From assembly GCA_965197925.1 (NCBI GenBank), contig CBDAOC010000015.1, positions 1-64,000 on the forward strand: DNA of 64,000 nt. Reading direction: 5' to 3'. Positions within the stretch are counted from its first letter, which is position 1. Each line of letters opens with the position of its first letter. Below, one piece after another: positions 1-9,115 of the stretch. The position numbers were made by a program, and so were the translations under genes. This DNA comes from Nitrososphaerales archaeon. Lineage in GTDB: Archaea; Thermoproteota; Nitrososphaeria; Nitrososphaerales; UBA213. Under the pieces are notes generated by a model that was not told the origin of the DNA, ran no database searches, and saw nothing but the letters and a program-made list of their open reading frames with translations.

Positions 1-327
1 CTATGGATTTACGATCTTAGAACAAACATGCATTTTACCCAAAAAGAGCAAAAAATGACTCGGACAGATCTTGATGACTTTGTCAAATGCTATAATAGTG
101 AAAATACCTCAAAACGAAAAGAGGCTGACCGATTTAAATCATATTCGTATGATGATATAATAAAGAGAGATAAAACTTCGCTAGACATATTCTGGCTAAA
201 AGACGAGTCGTTAGATGATTTAGAAAACCTGCCAGAGCCAGAAATTCTTGCGGATGAAATTTCAGATAACCTGAAATCAGCTCTTGACTCTGTAGCGGAG
301 TTAATTGAAGATCTGAAGAGCAAATAG
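1..327 (+). CDS. hsdM: Type I restriction-modification methyltransferase (M subunit), C-terminal part; runs off window start
   Basis: LWIYDLRTNMHFT...DFVKCY...RDKTSLDIFWLKDESL..L.NLPEPEILADEI is the typical HsdM C-terminus; frame open from base 1. Confidence 0.9.
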   Translation, partial: LWIYDLRTNMHFTQKEQKMTRTDLDDFVKCYNSENTSKRKEADRFKSYSYDDIIKRDKTSLDIFWLKDESLDDLENLPEPEILADEISDNLKSALDSVAELIEDLKSK

Positions 328-1627
328 GATGCAAGCATGTGGATTTTGTTTTATATGAAAATACTGTGACAAATATTGCAAAGTTGTGTTCTGCGTCAAT
401 TCTGCCAAAGATTGATTCAATCTTGGAGACGATGCGTTTTTGTTCGGGAAGTGGAGGAATCGGGATCATTGAATTTTTTAAATAGTCTGAAGGTACTCTA
501 AGCTGTCCTGCCGTTCCTTTCATATTTCTTTGAGCACAATCTCTGAAATTGTCTTGAATTAAATAATAAAAGTAGAATTTTGGAGACAAATGATTATCTT
601 TTAATCTTATTACATGAAATTCAGTAGAGCCAAAACCAATTTCATTTTTTAGATCATGAACAATGGCAATTTTACCATTTTCCATACAAGGAGTTATTTT
701 GGCAAAAATAATATCCCCGTTTTTGAAACATGTATAACCTTTCTTGACTTCAGTATATTTTCGTGTAATTGACAAGTCAATGTTACCTGTTAATTCTTTA
801 ACACATTTCATTGGGATAAACGAAACTTCTAAATCATCATCAATTGTCCCATTTTCAGGTTTTTTTGGATTTATTTTGGCAATATTAGTAAGATGTTTTG
901 AGGTCCATCCTTGAGGAAGGCTGTTTTTCTCAAAAAATAGTTTATCTGATGAATCTTTGTGTATCCTATTCAAAAGAGCCTCGGCCGGCTCGTCATTTGG
1001 ATCCTGTGGCACAAGCTTGCCCTCAAAAGCTGACTTTAAAACAGATTGCCTACATTGCTTCAGTAATACCTTCGCATTATCCAGAGATTTCCTCTCTGCA
1101 TCAATCTGTGCGAAGATTGATTCAATCTTGGAGACGATTCTTTTTTGTTCGGGAAGTGGAGGTAATGGAAAAATAATTTGTTTTAATTTGGTAGCATTAA
1201 CATTTTGAACAGCAATTCCTATTTTTTTTTCAGATATTGATTTCCAATAAAAAGGACTTTGGAGAAAATAATAAAAAAATTTAGAATTAATCATAGATCT
1301 AAATCTAATCAGATATGATGCAAAAACAGTATTAGATACATCATCTAACAAGTAACTGAATCCAATTGATCCTGCACGAGAAATAACAATATCATTATTT
1401 TTGAGTAAATATTTTTCAGGTTCTTCAGGTATTTTTTTACAGAAAGGAACAGTTTCCCAATTAATTTTGCCCGATGTAATATCAGTTGTTCTCAAAAATT
1501 GAATTTTTCCAGAATTACTTGCACTAGTTGTCCAACCATATTGAGGGGCATGACATATTGCTTTAATATTAGTCCATATCCAATTTTCAGGTAATTGGAT
1601 TTCTTTTTTTAAAATCAATTCACTCAT
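134..1627 (-). CDS. hsdS: Type I RM specificity subunit with two TRDs; homology ends at ~390, rest is read-through antisense to hsdM
   Basis: LPENWIW..., two PPLPEQKRIVSKIESIF conserved regions, SVLKSAFEGKLVPQDPNDEPA linker; final helix missing after RIDAE. Confidence 0.9.
   Translation of the reverse strand: MSELILKKEIQLPENWIWTNIKAICHAPQYGWTTSASNSGKIQFLRTTDITSGKINWETVPFCKKIPEEPEKYLLKNNDIVISRAGSIGFSYLLDDVSNTVFASYLIRFRSMINSKFFYYFLQSPFYWKSISEKKIGIAVQNVNATKLKQIIFPLPPLPEQKRIVSKIESIFAQIDAERKSLDNAKVLLKQCRQSVLKSAFEGKLVPQDPNDEPAEALLNRIHKDSSDKLFFEKNSLPQGWTSKHLTNIAKINPKKPENGTIDDDLEVSFIPMKCVKELTGNIDLSITRKYTEVKKGYTCFKNGDIIFAKITPCMENGKIAIVHDLKNEIGFGSTEFHVIRLKDNHLSPKFYFYYLIQDNFRDCAQRNMKGTAGQLRVPSDYLKNSMIPIPPLPEQKRIVSKIESIFGRIDAEHNFAIFVTVFSYKTKSTCLHPICSSDLQLTPLQSQELISGYLKFHPQEFLALAGFLNHLTTRLLARICLAKFYLSLLYHHTNMI
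391..457. repeat. hsdS conserved-region direct repeat, copy 1 (partner 1096-1162)
   Basis: 67-bp copies; last 50 bp match 48/50 (AAGATTGATTCAATCTTGGAGACGAT..TTTTTGTTCGGGAAGTGGAGG). Confidence 0.9.
1096..1162. repeat. hsdS conserved-region direct repeat, copy 2
   Basis: Near-identical to 391-457. Confidence 0.9.
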
Positions 1628-1656
1628 CAGTTAATCAAAACCTCATGTAATTATTC

Positions 1657-2301
1657 TTAAATCTTTTCATGCTCATTACCAAATATTTCATAAAATTTTA
1701 CTCTGTCACCTTTATGACTAAATGGTACATTATCTAATGCATCTAAATCAATTGAGATGGAACTCTCAATGTTATTTTTAATCATGAATAACCATTCTTT
1801 TTGTTCTAGTGTGAATATTCGTCCTGATGACTCTTGTTGAATCAACCACTTTGCAAATTTTTCACGTATAATTTCTGAAAATGGCAAGAGAGATTCTTCT
1901 TTTCCTGAAGAATGATGAACAAGAGATATTAAATCAGTCAGTGTTTTAACAGGATTGTTCTTTATCTTTGATTTATCTGGTCTTTGTTGACCATTCAGTA
2001 TGTAATCAACTAGAAATCCTTCTGGAGTGTCTGGCATCTTTGCATTTCCAAGGTTCTTGACATGGGCCAATCTGTCTTGTGTTCTCCATATGGTAAAAGT
2101 TCCAATCAGATGTCCTCGTATGATGCTATCCAATAGTTTTGTAGATTTGTCCCGAGTCCACACAAACTCTCGCTGAAATTTTGGAGTCTTGAAGAAGCCT
2201 TGTTCGATGTTAGTCAGTAGAGTTTGATAATTGCAAGTATTGGGTTTTGGTTGAGACAGCTCAGACAATAGTCCCTTGCTTGCAGTCTCTAATTTAATCA
2301 T
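1657..2301 (-). pseudogene. Chimeric remnant: DUF262 (GmrSD/ParB-like) N-terminus fused in frame to the HsdR C-terminal domain
   Basis: PKFQREFVW...LLDSI.RG..IG...NGQQR (DUF262) followed directly by DKSKIK..LTDLISLV...FAKWL..Q...FTLEQKEWL.MIK (EcoEI-type HsdR C-terminus). Confidence 0.75.
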
Positions 2302-2324
2302 TAACCTAACTTATGGGAAAATTC

Positions 2325-2507
2325 CTATTCAAAAATCTTTTTTTTTATCACTGCAATCTTGCCTGACATTGATTTTTCAATCTTCCACATGAGATGATCG
2401 CCTGCTTCTAGCTTTAGTTCTTTTGCAATCATGCTAGGTATGGTGGTCTTAATTGAGTTGGTGCTGGCAGCTGCTCGCATCACGCTTGTCATTGGAGTTT
2501 TGCTCAT
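2325..2507 (-). CDS. AbrB/MazE/SpoVT-family DNA-binding protein
   Basis: SIKTTIPSMIAKELKLEAGDHLMW swapped-hairpin motif. Confidence 0.8.
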   Translation of the reverse strand: MSKTPMTSVMRAAASTNSIKTTIPSMIAKELKLEAGDHLMWKIEKSMSGKIAVIKKKIFE

Positions 2508-2624
2508 GTTTGACAGTGTGATTTCTGTCTTAATAAATATGGATTTTTAATCTAATTAGTCTTTTATATATAATTAGACATTTTAAGCCTAATACACTAG
2601 AACTTTAATTATAGTGCAACTTCT

Positions 2625-3180
2625 GAATGCTGAATCTCCAGTAATTGCTCCAGACTATGACCATCCATGTGGAAGAGGCAATAACACTGGTAAGCGATTC
2701 CTGCCAACGGCAAGAATAACGAAAGAGATACGGGATACAATTCAGGCCAAGATTTCAATGGCGACCATATGTGTTACGGGCGTACTTTGACACACAACTG
2801 TTACCTGCGGAATCAAGAGGTAAAATAGCTCATGACTTTCGTGTGTTCTGGATGGGACATAAAGGAAGTATTGAAACAAAATACACAACGGACAAAAGCA
2901 TATTGCCAGAAGCATTAGTCAATGAAATGTATGAATCATTCAAGCAAAGTGAAGAATTTCTAGATCTTGAAGTTAAGGAAGAGGATCCTTTATTGAAACA
3001 TAAGGAACAGATCCATACAATGATAGAAGGAGCTTCTCCTGACGGAGTGCAAAAGATGCTCCAGTTACTGGGAGTCTGCAATACTTGATTCAGAGAGTAG
3101 TTACAGGTGAAGCCGAAGTACCTATCTTGCAAGGTGGAAGTTTGTCGGAAGCTTACCAAATGGCAAAGTGATCTTAAAGG
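2625..3180 (+). pseudogene. Tyrosine recombinase/integrase, C-terminal fragment, frameshifted
   Basis: RPRFQWRPYVLRAYFDTQLL..ES.GKIAHDFRVFWMGHKGSIETKY (R, MGH and catalytic Y motifs); tail GWKFVGSLPNGKVIL-like in another frame; N-terminus absent; boundaries approximate. Confidence 0.75.
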
Positions 3181-3284
3181 GAGTCGAACCCCTCCATGGG
3201 AGGGGCTCCGCGGGGAATCGAACCGAATGGGGATTCGACTCCAATAAGTAGTAGAAGCTATCGGGGTGGCTACAAGACCTCTGC

Positions 3285-3578
3285 CTAACTTTTTTCTTGA
3301 CTATTCAATTTTAAAAACTGGGATTCTGTTTCGTTTGTTACATATCTGTCCTCAAACAATTTTCGATCCCAAAACTCCTGAAACCAAGGTTGATATCTTA
3401 ACCAAGTATTTTGATCTGATTTGTTTTGAAGTCTGATGCATCCCATCTCTTTTTTCAGTTCTGTCCTGTCGCGATATCTGATTTGTCGATCTAAAGAATC
3501 TACTAAAAGTTCTGCATTGTCGCCGTCCCAATGTTTGACTTCAATTGTCAAAAATTTTCGTAGACTTTCCCATTTCAT
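3285..3578 (-). CDS. Hypothetical protein, coupled to the AlbA_2 gene
   Basis: 97-aa ORF with 4-nt overlap with the upstream gene. Confidence 0.5.
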   Translation of the reverse strand: MKWESLRKFLTIEVKHWDGDNAELLVDSLDRQIRYRDRTELKKEMGCIRLQNKSDQNTWLRYQPWFQEFWDRKLFEDRYVTNETESQFLKLNSQEKS

Positions 3579-4750
3579 GAAGTCTCCTCGTCTTTGTACA
3601 TTCTACCATCGTAAGTTTTCCAATTTTGTTCTATTTTAGGAATAGTTTCCGGGAAAAGTGTCAATGAGTTATCTATGTGAACAGCTTCAAACCATTTTTC
3701 AAATATTTTTGCAAGTTCTTCTTTCATATCAAATAACCCTGCGGGTAGTTCATGTTCAATTTCGAAATCAGAGACTGTACGATCACCCAAACCAGTTCTT
3801 ACATGAGAAGTTAATTTATCAGGAATGAGAATCGAATCATTCATTCTAATTCTAAATGTGGTACCGACGTATGATGAATGTTTTTGAAGAAACCTCCGTA
3901 GTAGATGTAAAAGTTCCGAAACAAGAAAAATTGGTTCAAATACATCTATTTCATAACCACTTTCAAGTTTTCTACAACAATATATCGAACCATCGTTGTC
4001 AATCTCAACAAACGTTCTACTCGTATTTGCTGGATCAGTTATTCTTCCTTCTGAAGTAGGTAAACTCATAGTCGTTGAGAGGTGATCATAAGTTATTATA
4101 CTAGTTCCTGGATGAACAAAAAATTGTTCAAATGTTTCTCTTGTTAACTTGACAGAACCAGGAACTCGGACGTGAGGTACCAAAGAGATGATCACACTGT
4201 TGCTCCAATTGAGCCTACTGAAGATTTGTTTCTCTTTTTTATGGATGAAAGATTCCTGATTTTGTTTGTTCCTAAGACGGGATTCATATCGCAACGCAAT
4301 ATCGTTTTCTTTCATTTCCATTAGATTGTATTTGTGTGGTGTGGTAATAGTGTTGTTCCTTACATAGAACTTACTAATAGTAGTAACTTGGTGGATGTAA
4401 AATGGACTTTTTGGTATTTTGACAACTAAAAATTCCTTTGAATTGTAGCCTGTATTGTCAATTACATCTATTGTCATAGGAACCTCAGGAGCAGTAGATG
4501 AAGAAACAATCTGTTGAATCTTCTCAGAATTTAGTCCTTTATCAATACCTGTACTTTGTTTTGCCCTCCCCAGATCTTCCTCAATTCCATAGATTATTAT
4601 TCCGCCTTCCGCGTTTGCAAAAGAGGATATATCCTTCGCAACTTCACTAGGACAAATCTGACTTTTGTATTCTAGATTTAAGGTTTCAATCTGATTGTTG
4701 TTCCAAAGGGATTCAAGTTCTTGTAATTTCGAAATCGCAAATAGACTCAT
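3575..4750 (-). CDS. Schlafen/AlbA_2-domain protein with uncharacterised C-terminal domain
   Basis: ETLNLEYKS...KDISSFANAEGGIIIYGIEE...FYVR motifs. Confidence 0.85.
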   Translation of the reverse strand: MSLFAISKLQELESLWNNNQIETLNLEYKSQICPSEVAKDISSFANAEGGIIIYGIEEDLGRAKQSTGIDKGLNSEKIQQIVSSSTAPEVPMTIDVIDNTGYNSKEFLVVKIPKSPFYIHQVTTISKFYVRNNTITTPHKYNLMEMKENDIALRYESRLRNKQNQESFIHKKEKQIFSRLNWSNSVIISLVPHVRVPGSVKLTRETFEQFFVHPGTSIITYDHLSTTMSLPTSEGRITDPANTSRTFVEIDNDGSIYCCRKLESGYEIDVFEPIFLVSELLHLLRRFLQKHSSYVGTTFRIRMNDSILIPDKLTSHVRTGLGDRTVSDFEIEHELPAGLFDMKEELAKIFEKWFEAVHIDNSLTLFPETIPKIEQNWKTYDGRMYKDEETS

Positions 4751-4944
4751 AATATTACCTCATTTTTTCCATATGTACTTGGAGGCAACCATTTTATCCT
4801 CCAATTTTCTGGATCTTTGAATTCTTTAGCATTTAGAGATTCTTCAGGTATTAACGGTGCATAAAAAACATCATCATTCTTTCCAATCTTCAATGTTTTT
4901 TCATCGTCAGGATTATGTTGTGTCATAAACAAACCTTCTCTCAA
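4747..4944 (-). CDS. Small hypothetical ORF, possibly the frameshifted C-terminus of the upstream HEPN/MauJ-like gene
   Basis: 65-aa ORF overlapping the AlbA_2 start by 4 nt. Confidence 0.35.
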   Translation of the reverse strand: MREGLFMTQHNPDDEKTLKIGKNDDVFYAPLIPEESLNAKEFKDPENWRIKWLPPSTYGKNEVIL

Positions 4945-4960
4945 ATACCTTATTTGAGTT

Positions 4961-5720
4961 TTAGTAAAACACGACGTTCTGTATCCAAGTTATGCCAAAT
5001 CTTTTTGTTAAATAATAAAGATATGTGAGTTGTTTTATTCTCTCAATGTCTTTATTCAAATCAGGAGAGAGAACAAAATTGTCACGTGAATCTGCATGGG
5101 TAACTCCATGTCTAGTTTCAACCATCCAATCTTTAATTTCTGTAAATGTATAATCTAGTCCTTTGATAGGAGAAATGAATTCATATAAAAGTTTAGCCAG
5201 TGTTAAAGTGGACGCAGCAAAAGCTCTTTCAAATAACCTAATGTATTCATGAAATTTTGCAACATTGTCAGATTGAGCATTTGCTGTTGCTAAGAAAAAT
5301 ACACCTTCAATTCTATCCAATAGTTGATCTTGATAGATTGTTTCAAAGAACATTCCAGAAAAATTTATTCCCAACCCCAAAGTAGCATCAAAGCCATTTG
5401 TGCTATCTAAAAATTCCTTTTCTTCCTCAGATTCAAAAATAAATCCTTCCGAAGGAGTGGGTTCAGACAGATCTACGGCACAGTTGTCAGCTACAGATAA
5501 AGTTAGAATAAATTTTAAACGCACTGCTTAGTTCTCTAGATTCTTCAGGGATGAGGATTTCATTTTTTTCATTTGTTTTCGGACTATCATGTAATATTAT
5601 TTCGGCATGCATCAAGAGTTGTTGCTTCCTTTTTTCTTCAATTGGTTGTTTATGCAGAAGTTTGATGCCAATCACTCTACCATCCTGTGATTTGATTTTA
5701 AACGCTGCTAAAGTTAGTAA
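4961..5720 (-). pseudogene. MauJ-like/HEPN-superfamily protein, frameshifted
   Basis: ORFs 5487-5675 and 4961-5524 join; FHEYIRLFERAF and RHGVTHAD (Rx4H HEPN motif); 5' boundary approximate. Confidence 0.6.
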
Positions 5721-5836
5721 GCAGAAATTTCAGATGACTGGAATATATTTCAAAACCGGCAAACCGGAAACGTATATGGATTTCTGTATCAGCATTCGTA
5801 ATGCATCGGAGGGTTTTGGGATGGCTTGTATAAGCG

Positions 5837-6004
5837 TCAATTAAAAGATGCATCACATGCAGACTTTTTATAGGATGGTTTGTTCACCCTGTACATTCCA
5901 GATTTCTTTGCGACTTTTCTTAAGTGTACATGCCTAAATTTTGCTTTGCCCGCTGCCCCGAACCCTGCTCCTTTCGCTTTGTACAATGCCCGGCTTGGCA
6001 TCAT
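5837..6004 (-). CDS. Small basic Lys/Gly-rich protein, possible histone-fold remnant (not in ORF track)
   Basis: Hand translation MMPSRALYKAKGAGFGAAGKAKFRHVHLRKVAKKSGMYRVNKPSYKKSACDASFN*, 55 aa; GGAG upstream. Confidence 0.4.
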   Translation of the reverse strand: MMPSRALYKAKGAGFGAAGKAKFRHVHLRKVAKKSGMYRVNKPSYKKSACDASFN

Positions 6005-6118
6005 TCACATTAACTCCATTATATCATCTGTTACCGTCTATTTTAACATAGAAACTGCGTTATTTTCCATTTTTGAGGGGGGTACACTTGCATGAAATTA
6101 GGTTCAATTTTGGCCCAT

Positions 6119-6359
6119 CTAGTCTACCGAAACTCCAAAATTCTTGTACAAAGTTTCATCCGTTTCTTCGTCATCTGCGCCTATAGTCCCCTTGCGCATG
6201 TTTCCTAGGTAATTATTGGTGAGTTTGAGAGTGTCAATGAGATCAGAGTCGTTATTGACCCGTACCATTAGCTCTTTGGCCCTGGAATCCGGTTCATAGT
6301 TGAACCTTTTACATTTCGTATTGAAGTACCCAACGGCTGTCCATTTACCCCTGATTTTG
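6119..6359 (-). pseudogene. Hypothetical gene whose 5' end is cut by the IS5 end at 6360
   Basis: Track ORF 6119-6382 starts inside the IS terminal repeat. Confidence 0.5.
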
Positions 6360-7227
6360 CAACTCATCTCAAAACTAACCATTTAGACAATTTTTAGCGA
6401 CCATTTAGATCCATGAATAGCGACATCTAAAATTATTTTATGAAATTCCAAGAATTATCAGACAAACAGTGGAGTATGATGGAATCACACATACCACCAC
6501 ATGCAAAAACTGGCAGGCCTAGGGATTATGATAGAAAAATCATTAACGGAATAATCCATGTTCTAACTACTGGATGCCGATGGGACGATATGCCAAAAAG
6601 ATATGGTGATGATTCTACTGCAAACAGAAGGTTAAACAAATGGCAACAAAAAGGAATCTGGAAAAAGATTCTATCGCGTACTATTCACTCAGCACATAAA
6701 TCTGGCAAAATTAGTCTAAAAAAATCAGCTGACTCTTCATCCATTCCTAATAAAAAATGGGCAATGTAACTGGATATAATGGATTCAAGAGAATAACAGG
6801 TACAAAAATACATGCCGCAGTAGAGGGTAACGGATTTCCAATATCCATACTGCTGAGTCCAGCAAATGAACATGACAGTACAAAATGCATGGATGTTACA
6901 GGATCAATTTCAGACTATCTTGATGATTCAATACAACAGATAGAACCAGTTTATGCAGACAAAATGATGCAAAATACATCAGAATGTATTTGTGGGATAG
7001 AAATATTGCATGTTGCATCCCATACAAAATAAATTCCAAGTTCATCTTGCAAAATAATGATTGCAAACATTACAACAAGACAAGATTTGTAGTTGAGAGA
7101 TTCCTTGCATGGCTCAAGAATGGATTTCACAGAACAAGAATCAGGTATGAAAGAACGGCAGAAAACTATCTGGCATTTGTTAATCTTGCATCATTTTTGA
7201 TGTATTGTAGGGTTTTGAGATGAGTTG
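6360..7227 (+). mobile_element. IS5-family element, copy A
   Basis: Perfect 16-bp TIR CAACTCATCTCAAAAC (6360-6375 / 7212-7227); transposase split in ORFs 6440-6769, 6757-7032, 6984-7223 (TGCRWDDMP, GTKIHAAV, RFVVERFLAWLK..RTRIRYER). Confidence 0.95.
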
Positions 7228-7416
7228 TATATAATCCCAAAATCATGTGATGGTCAATCATTTCATAAAATATACTTGTGGAACAATGTAAACCCGATTT
7301 GTGCTTGTTTACCGAGCTAGATAACTAGACTCGTACATTTCATAATCTTACTATATTACTTTGAATATATTGATTGTAGAAATACTTTTTAACATCCCCA
7401 ACGGCAAGCTTTCGTA

Positions 7417-8511
7417 ATGCACCCGGCATTCGGGTATGTATCCATAGGTGCAGCAGCTTTGATTCTCATAGTGGCTGTAGTATTACTTCAAGGAGGTGGT
7501 CCATTCCTCTCCGAGGCAGAAAGACACAATAGGGCTGGGATAAATTTTCAGAACGAAGGCCAGCATGAAAAGTCCATAGAGGAGTTCACAAGGGCTATAG
7601 AATTGATGTCAGAGGATGAAACCCTCTCAAACAACGAGGAGGAGAGTGCGAAGTTAGCCGAAACATATAGGAGTCGATGTATTTCCTACATATTACTCTT
7701 CGAGTATCAGTCCGCTGTTGAGGACTGTGATCAAGCAATTCAACTGGCTCCAGAAAAGGTGGACTTGAGTATGCCCATAATTGGTTTACCGAAAGCTACA
7801 GATAGGCCACTTCTTGCATTTGCGTATATCACCAGATGTGGTCTCTATGTTAGCATGGAACAACCTGAGCGTGCTCTTGAGGATTGTGAGGAGGCTATAC
7901 TTCTCGACTCCAAGCTTGCTCTAGCATACTTGAACCGAGGAATTGCTTACTATTATTTGGACCAGGTTGAAAAGGCAATCAGTGACTATGATAGAGCCAT
8001 TCGCCTTGAATCGAGAAATGCTTACAATCCTCCTCAAATGTTGCCTTACCTGAAAAGGGGAAATGCTTACCAGATGCTGGGCCAATTTGAGAAGGCGTTG
8101 AAGGATTATGAGGAAGGTCTCCTACTTGACCCTGATTCTTACTTGATACAAGACAACAAGTGTAAAACCTATCATGGCCTAGGCGAACTCCAGAGCGCTC
8201 TAGAGGCCTGCAATGAGGCTATCAGTTTGAATCCGGAAATGGCCAATGCTTACGCCCACAGATGTAGGCTTTATGTTAGCATGGAAGAGCCTCAGCGTGC
8301 TCTTGAGGATTGTGACGAAGCTATCCGTCTCGATCCCCGCTTCCCCTACTCGAATCGAGTGATGGCCAATGCATACGAGAATCGGGCATTAGCTCACATC
8401 CTATTAGATATGGAATCAAAAGCTTGGCAGGACTTTGACAAGGCCGTAGAACTGGGTTCCGATCCAGACTCACTTGGGGAGAGAATCGAGGGATTACAAA
8501 AAGCTCGCTAG
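7417..8511 (+). CDS. Membrane-anchored tetratricopeptide-repeat protein
   Basis: N-terminal hydrophobic helix; repeated AY..RG..Y..L...E.A..DY..AI.LDP units. Confidence 0.9.
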   Translation: MHPAFGYVSIGAAALILIVAVVLLQGGGPFLSEAERHNRAGINFQNEGQHEKSIEEFTRAIELMSEDETLSNNEEESAKLAETYRSRCISYILLFEYQSAVEDCDQAIQLAPEKVDLSMPIIGLPKATDRPLLAFAYITRCGLYVSMEQPERALEDCEEAILLDSKLALAYLNRGIAYYYLDQVEKAISDYDRAIRLESRNAYNPPQMLPYLKRGNAYQMLGQFEKALKDYEEGLLLDPDSYLIQDNKCKTYHGLGELQSALEACNEAISLNPEMANAYAHRCRLYVSMEEPQRALEDCDEAIRLDPRFPYSNRVMANAYENRALAHILLDMESKAWQDFDKAVELGSDPDSLGERIEGLQKAR

Positions 8512-9115
8512 GCTTAATGTTACTGACTCCCAAATTCAGGAATTTACTCATTCTTTCGACTTGAATTGAAAACTTGCACTTTCATTTTGATTAAATATTC
8601 CTATACATCCTGCTCGGATATTTATTTAATAATATAGATGAGGATGATAGTGAGGTATTGTTCTCATCTCCAGTAGAATTGGTATTTGACCTATTACTGT
8701 TCAAATGGATACCCAAACAGGCTACTGCGAAGAAAGATTTCATTACAGGGAGTGATCAGGTTGTCCGATGGCGAAACCAAAGATCTGGGTAACATGATTT
8801 TTGACGCATTTATTGAGGAAGGAGCTAGCCTCGAACTTTTCATTGGAGGAACATAGTTTATTGGCTGTTATTCCATACAAAGAGAGACGATGGCAAGGTA
8901 TCGCAGAAAGTTCTCTCGGAATGTCGAATGAGAGCAGCAGGTGCTTTTATCAAGACATTAACTATTGTTTTAGCAAGTTTGACATATCTTGATTCCTTCA
9001 GGATTAGGTAGTGTCCACAAATGTATCTCATGGTACAATCAGGTATATTATCTACCGAAATTATGGTTTCTAAATTCCATTACTTTTAACTACTTACCCA
9101 TCTTTCTTCATCTCA

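Noticed and set aside
134..390. C-terminal ~85 aa of the 497-aa HsdS ORF
   Set aside because: Read-through mostly antisense to hsdM with no HsdS similarity after RIDAE.
2551..2578. Inverted repeat TCTAATTA...TAATTAGA upstream of the AbrB gene
   Set aside because: Could be an operator, but 8 bp in very AT-rich DNA is too weak to call.
3180..3242. Complete tRNA gene
   Set aside because: Only T-arm-like motifs; no D-arm or anticodon arm could be folded.
8640..8992. Coding-like stretch between the TPR and beta-helix genes
   Set aside because: Short interrupted frames with no recognisable family.
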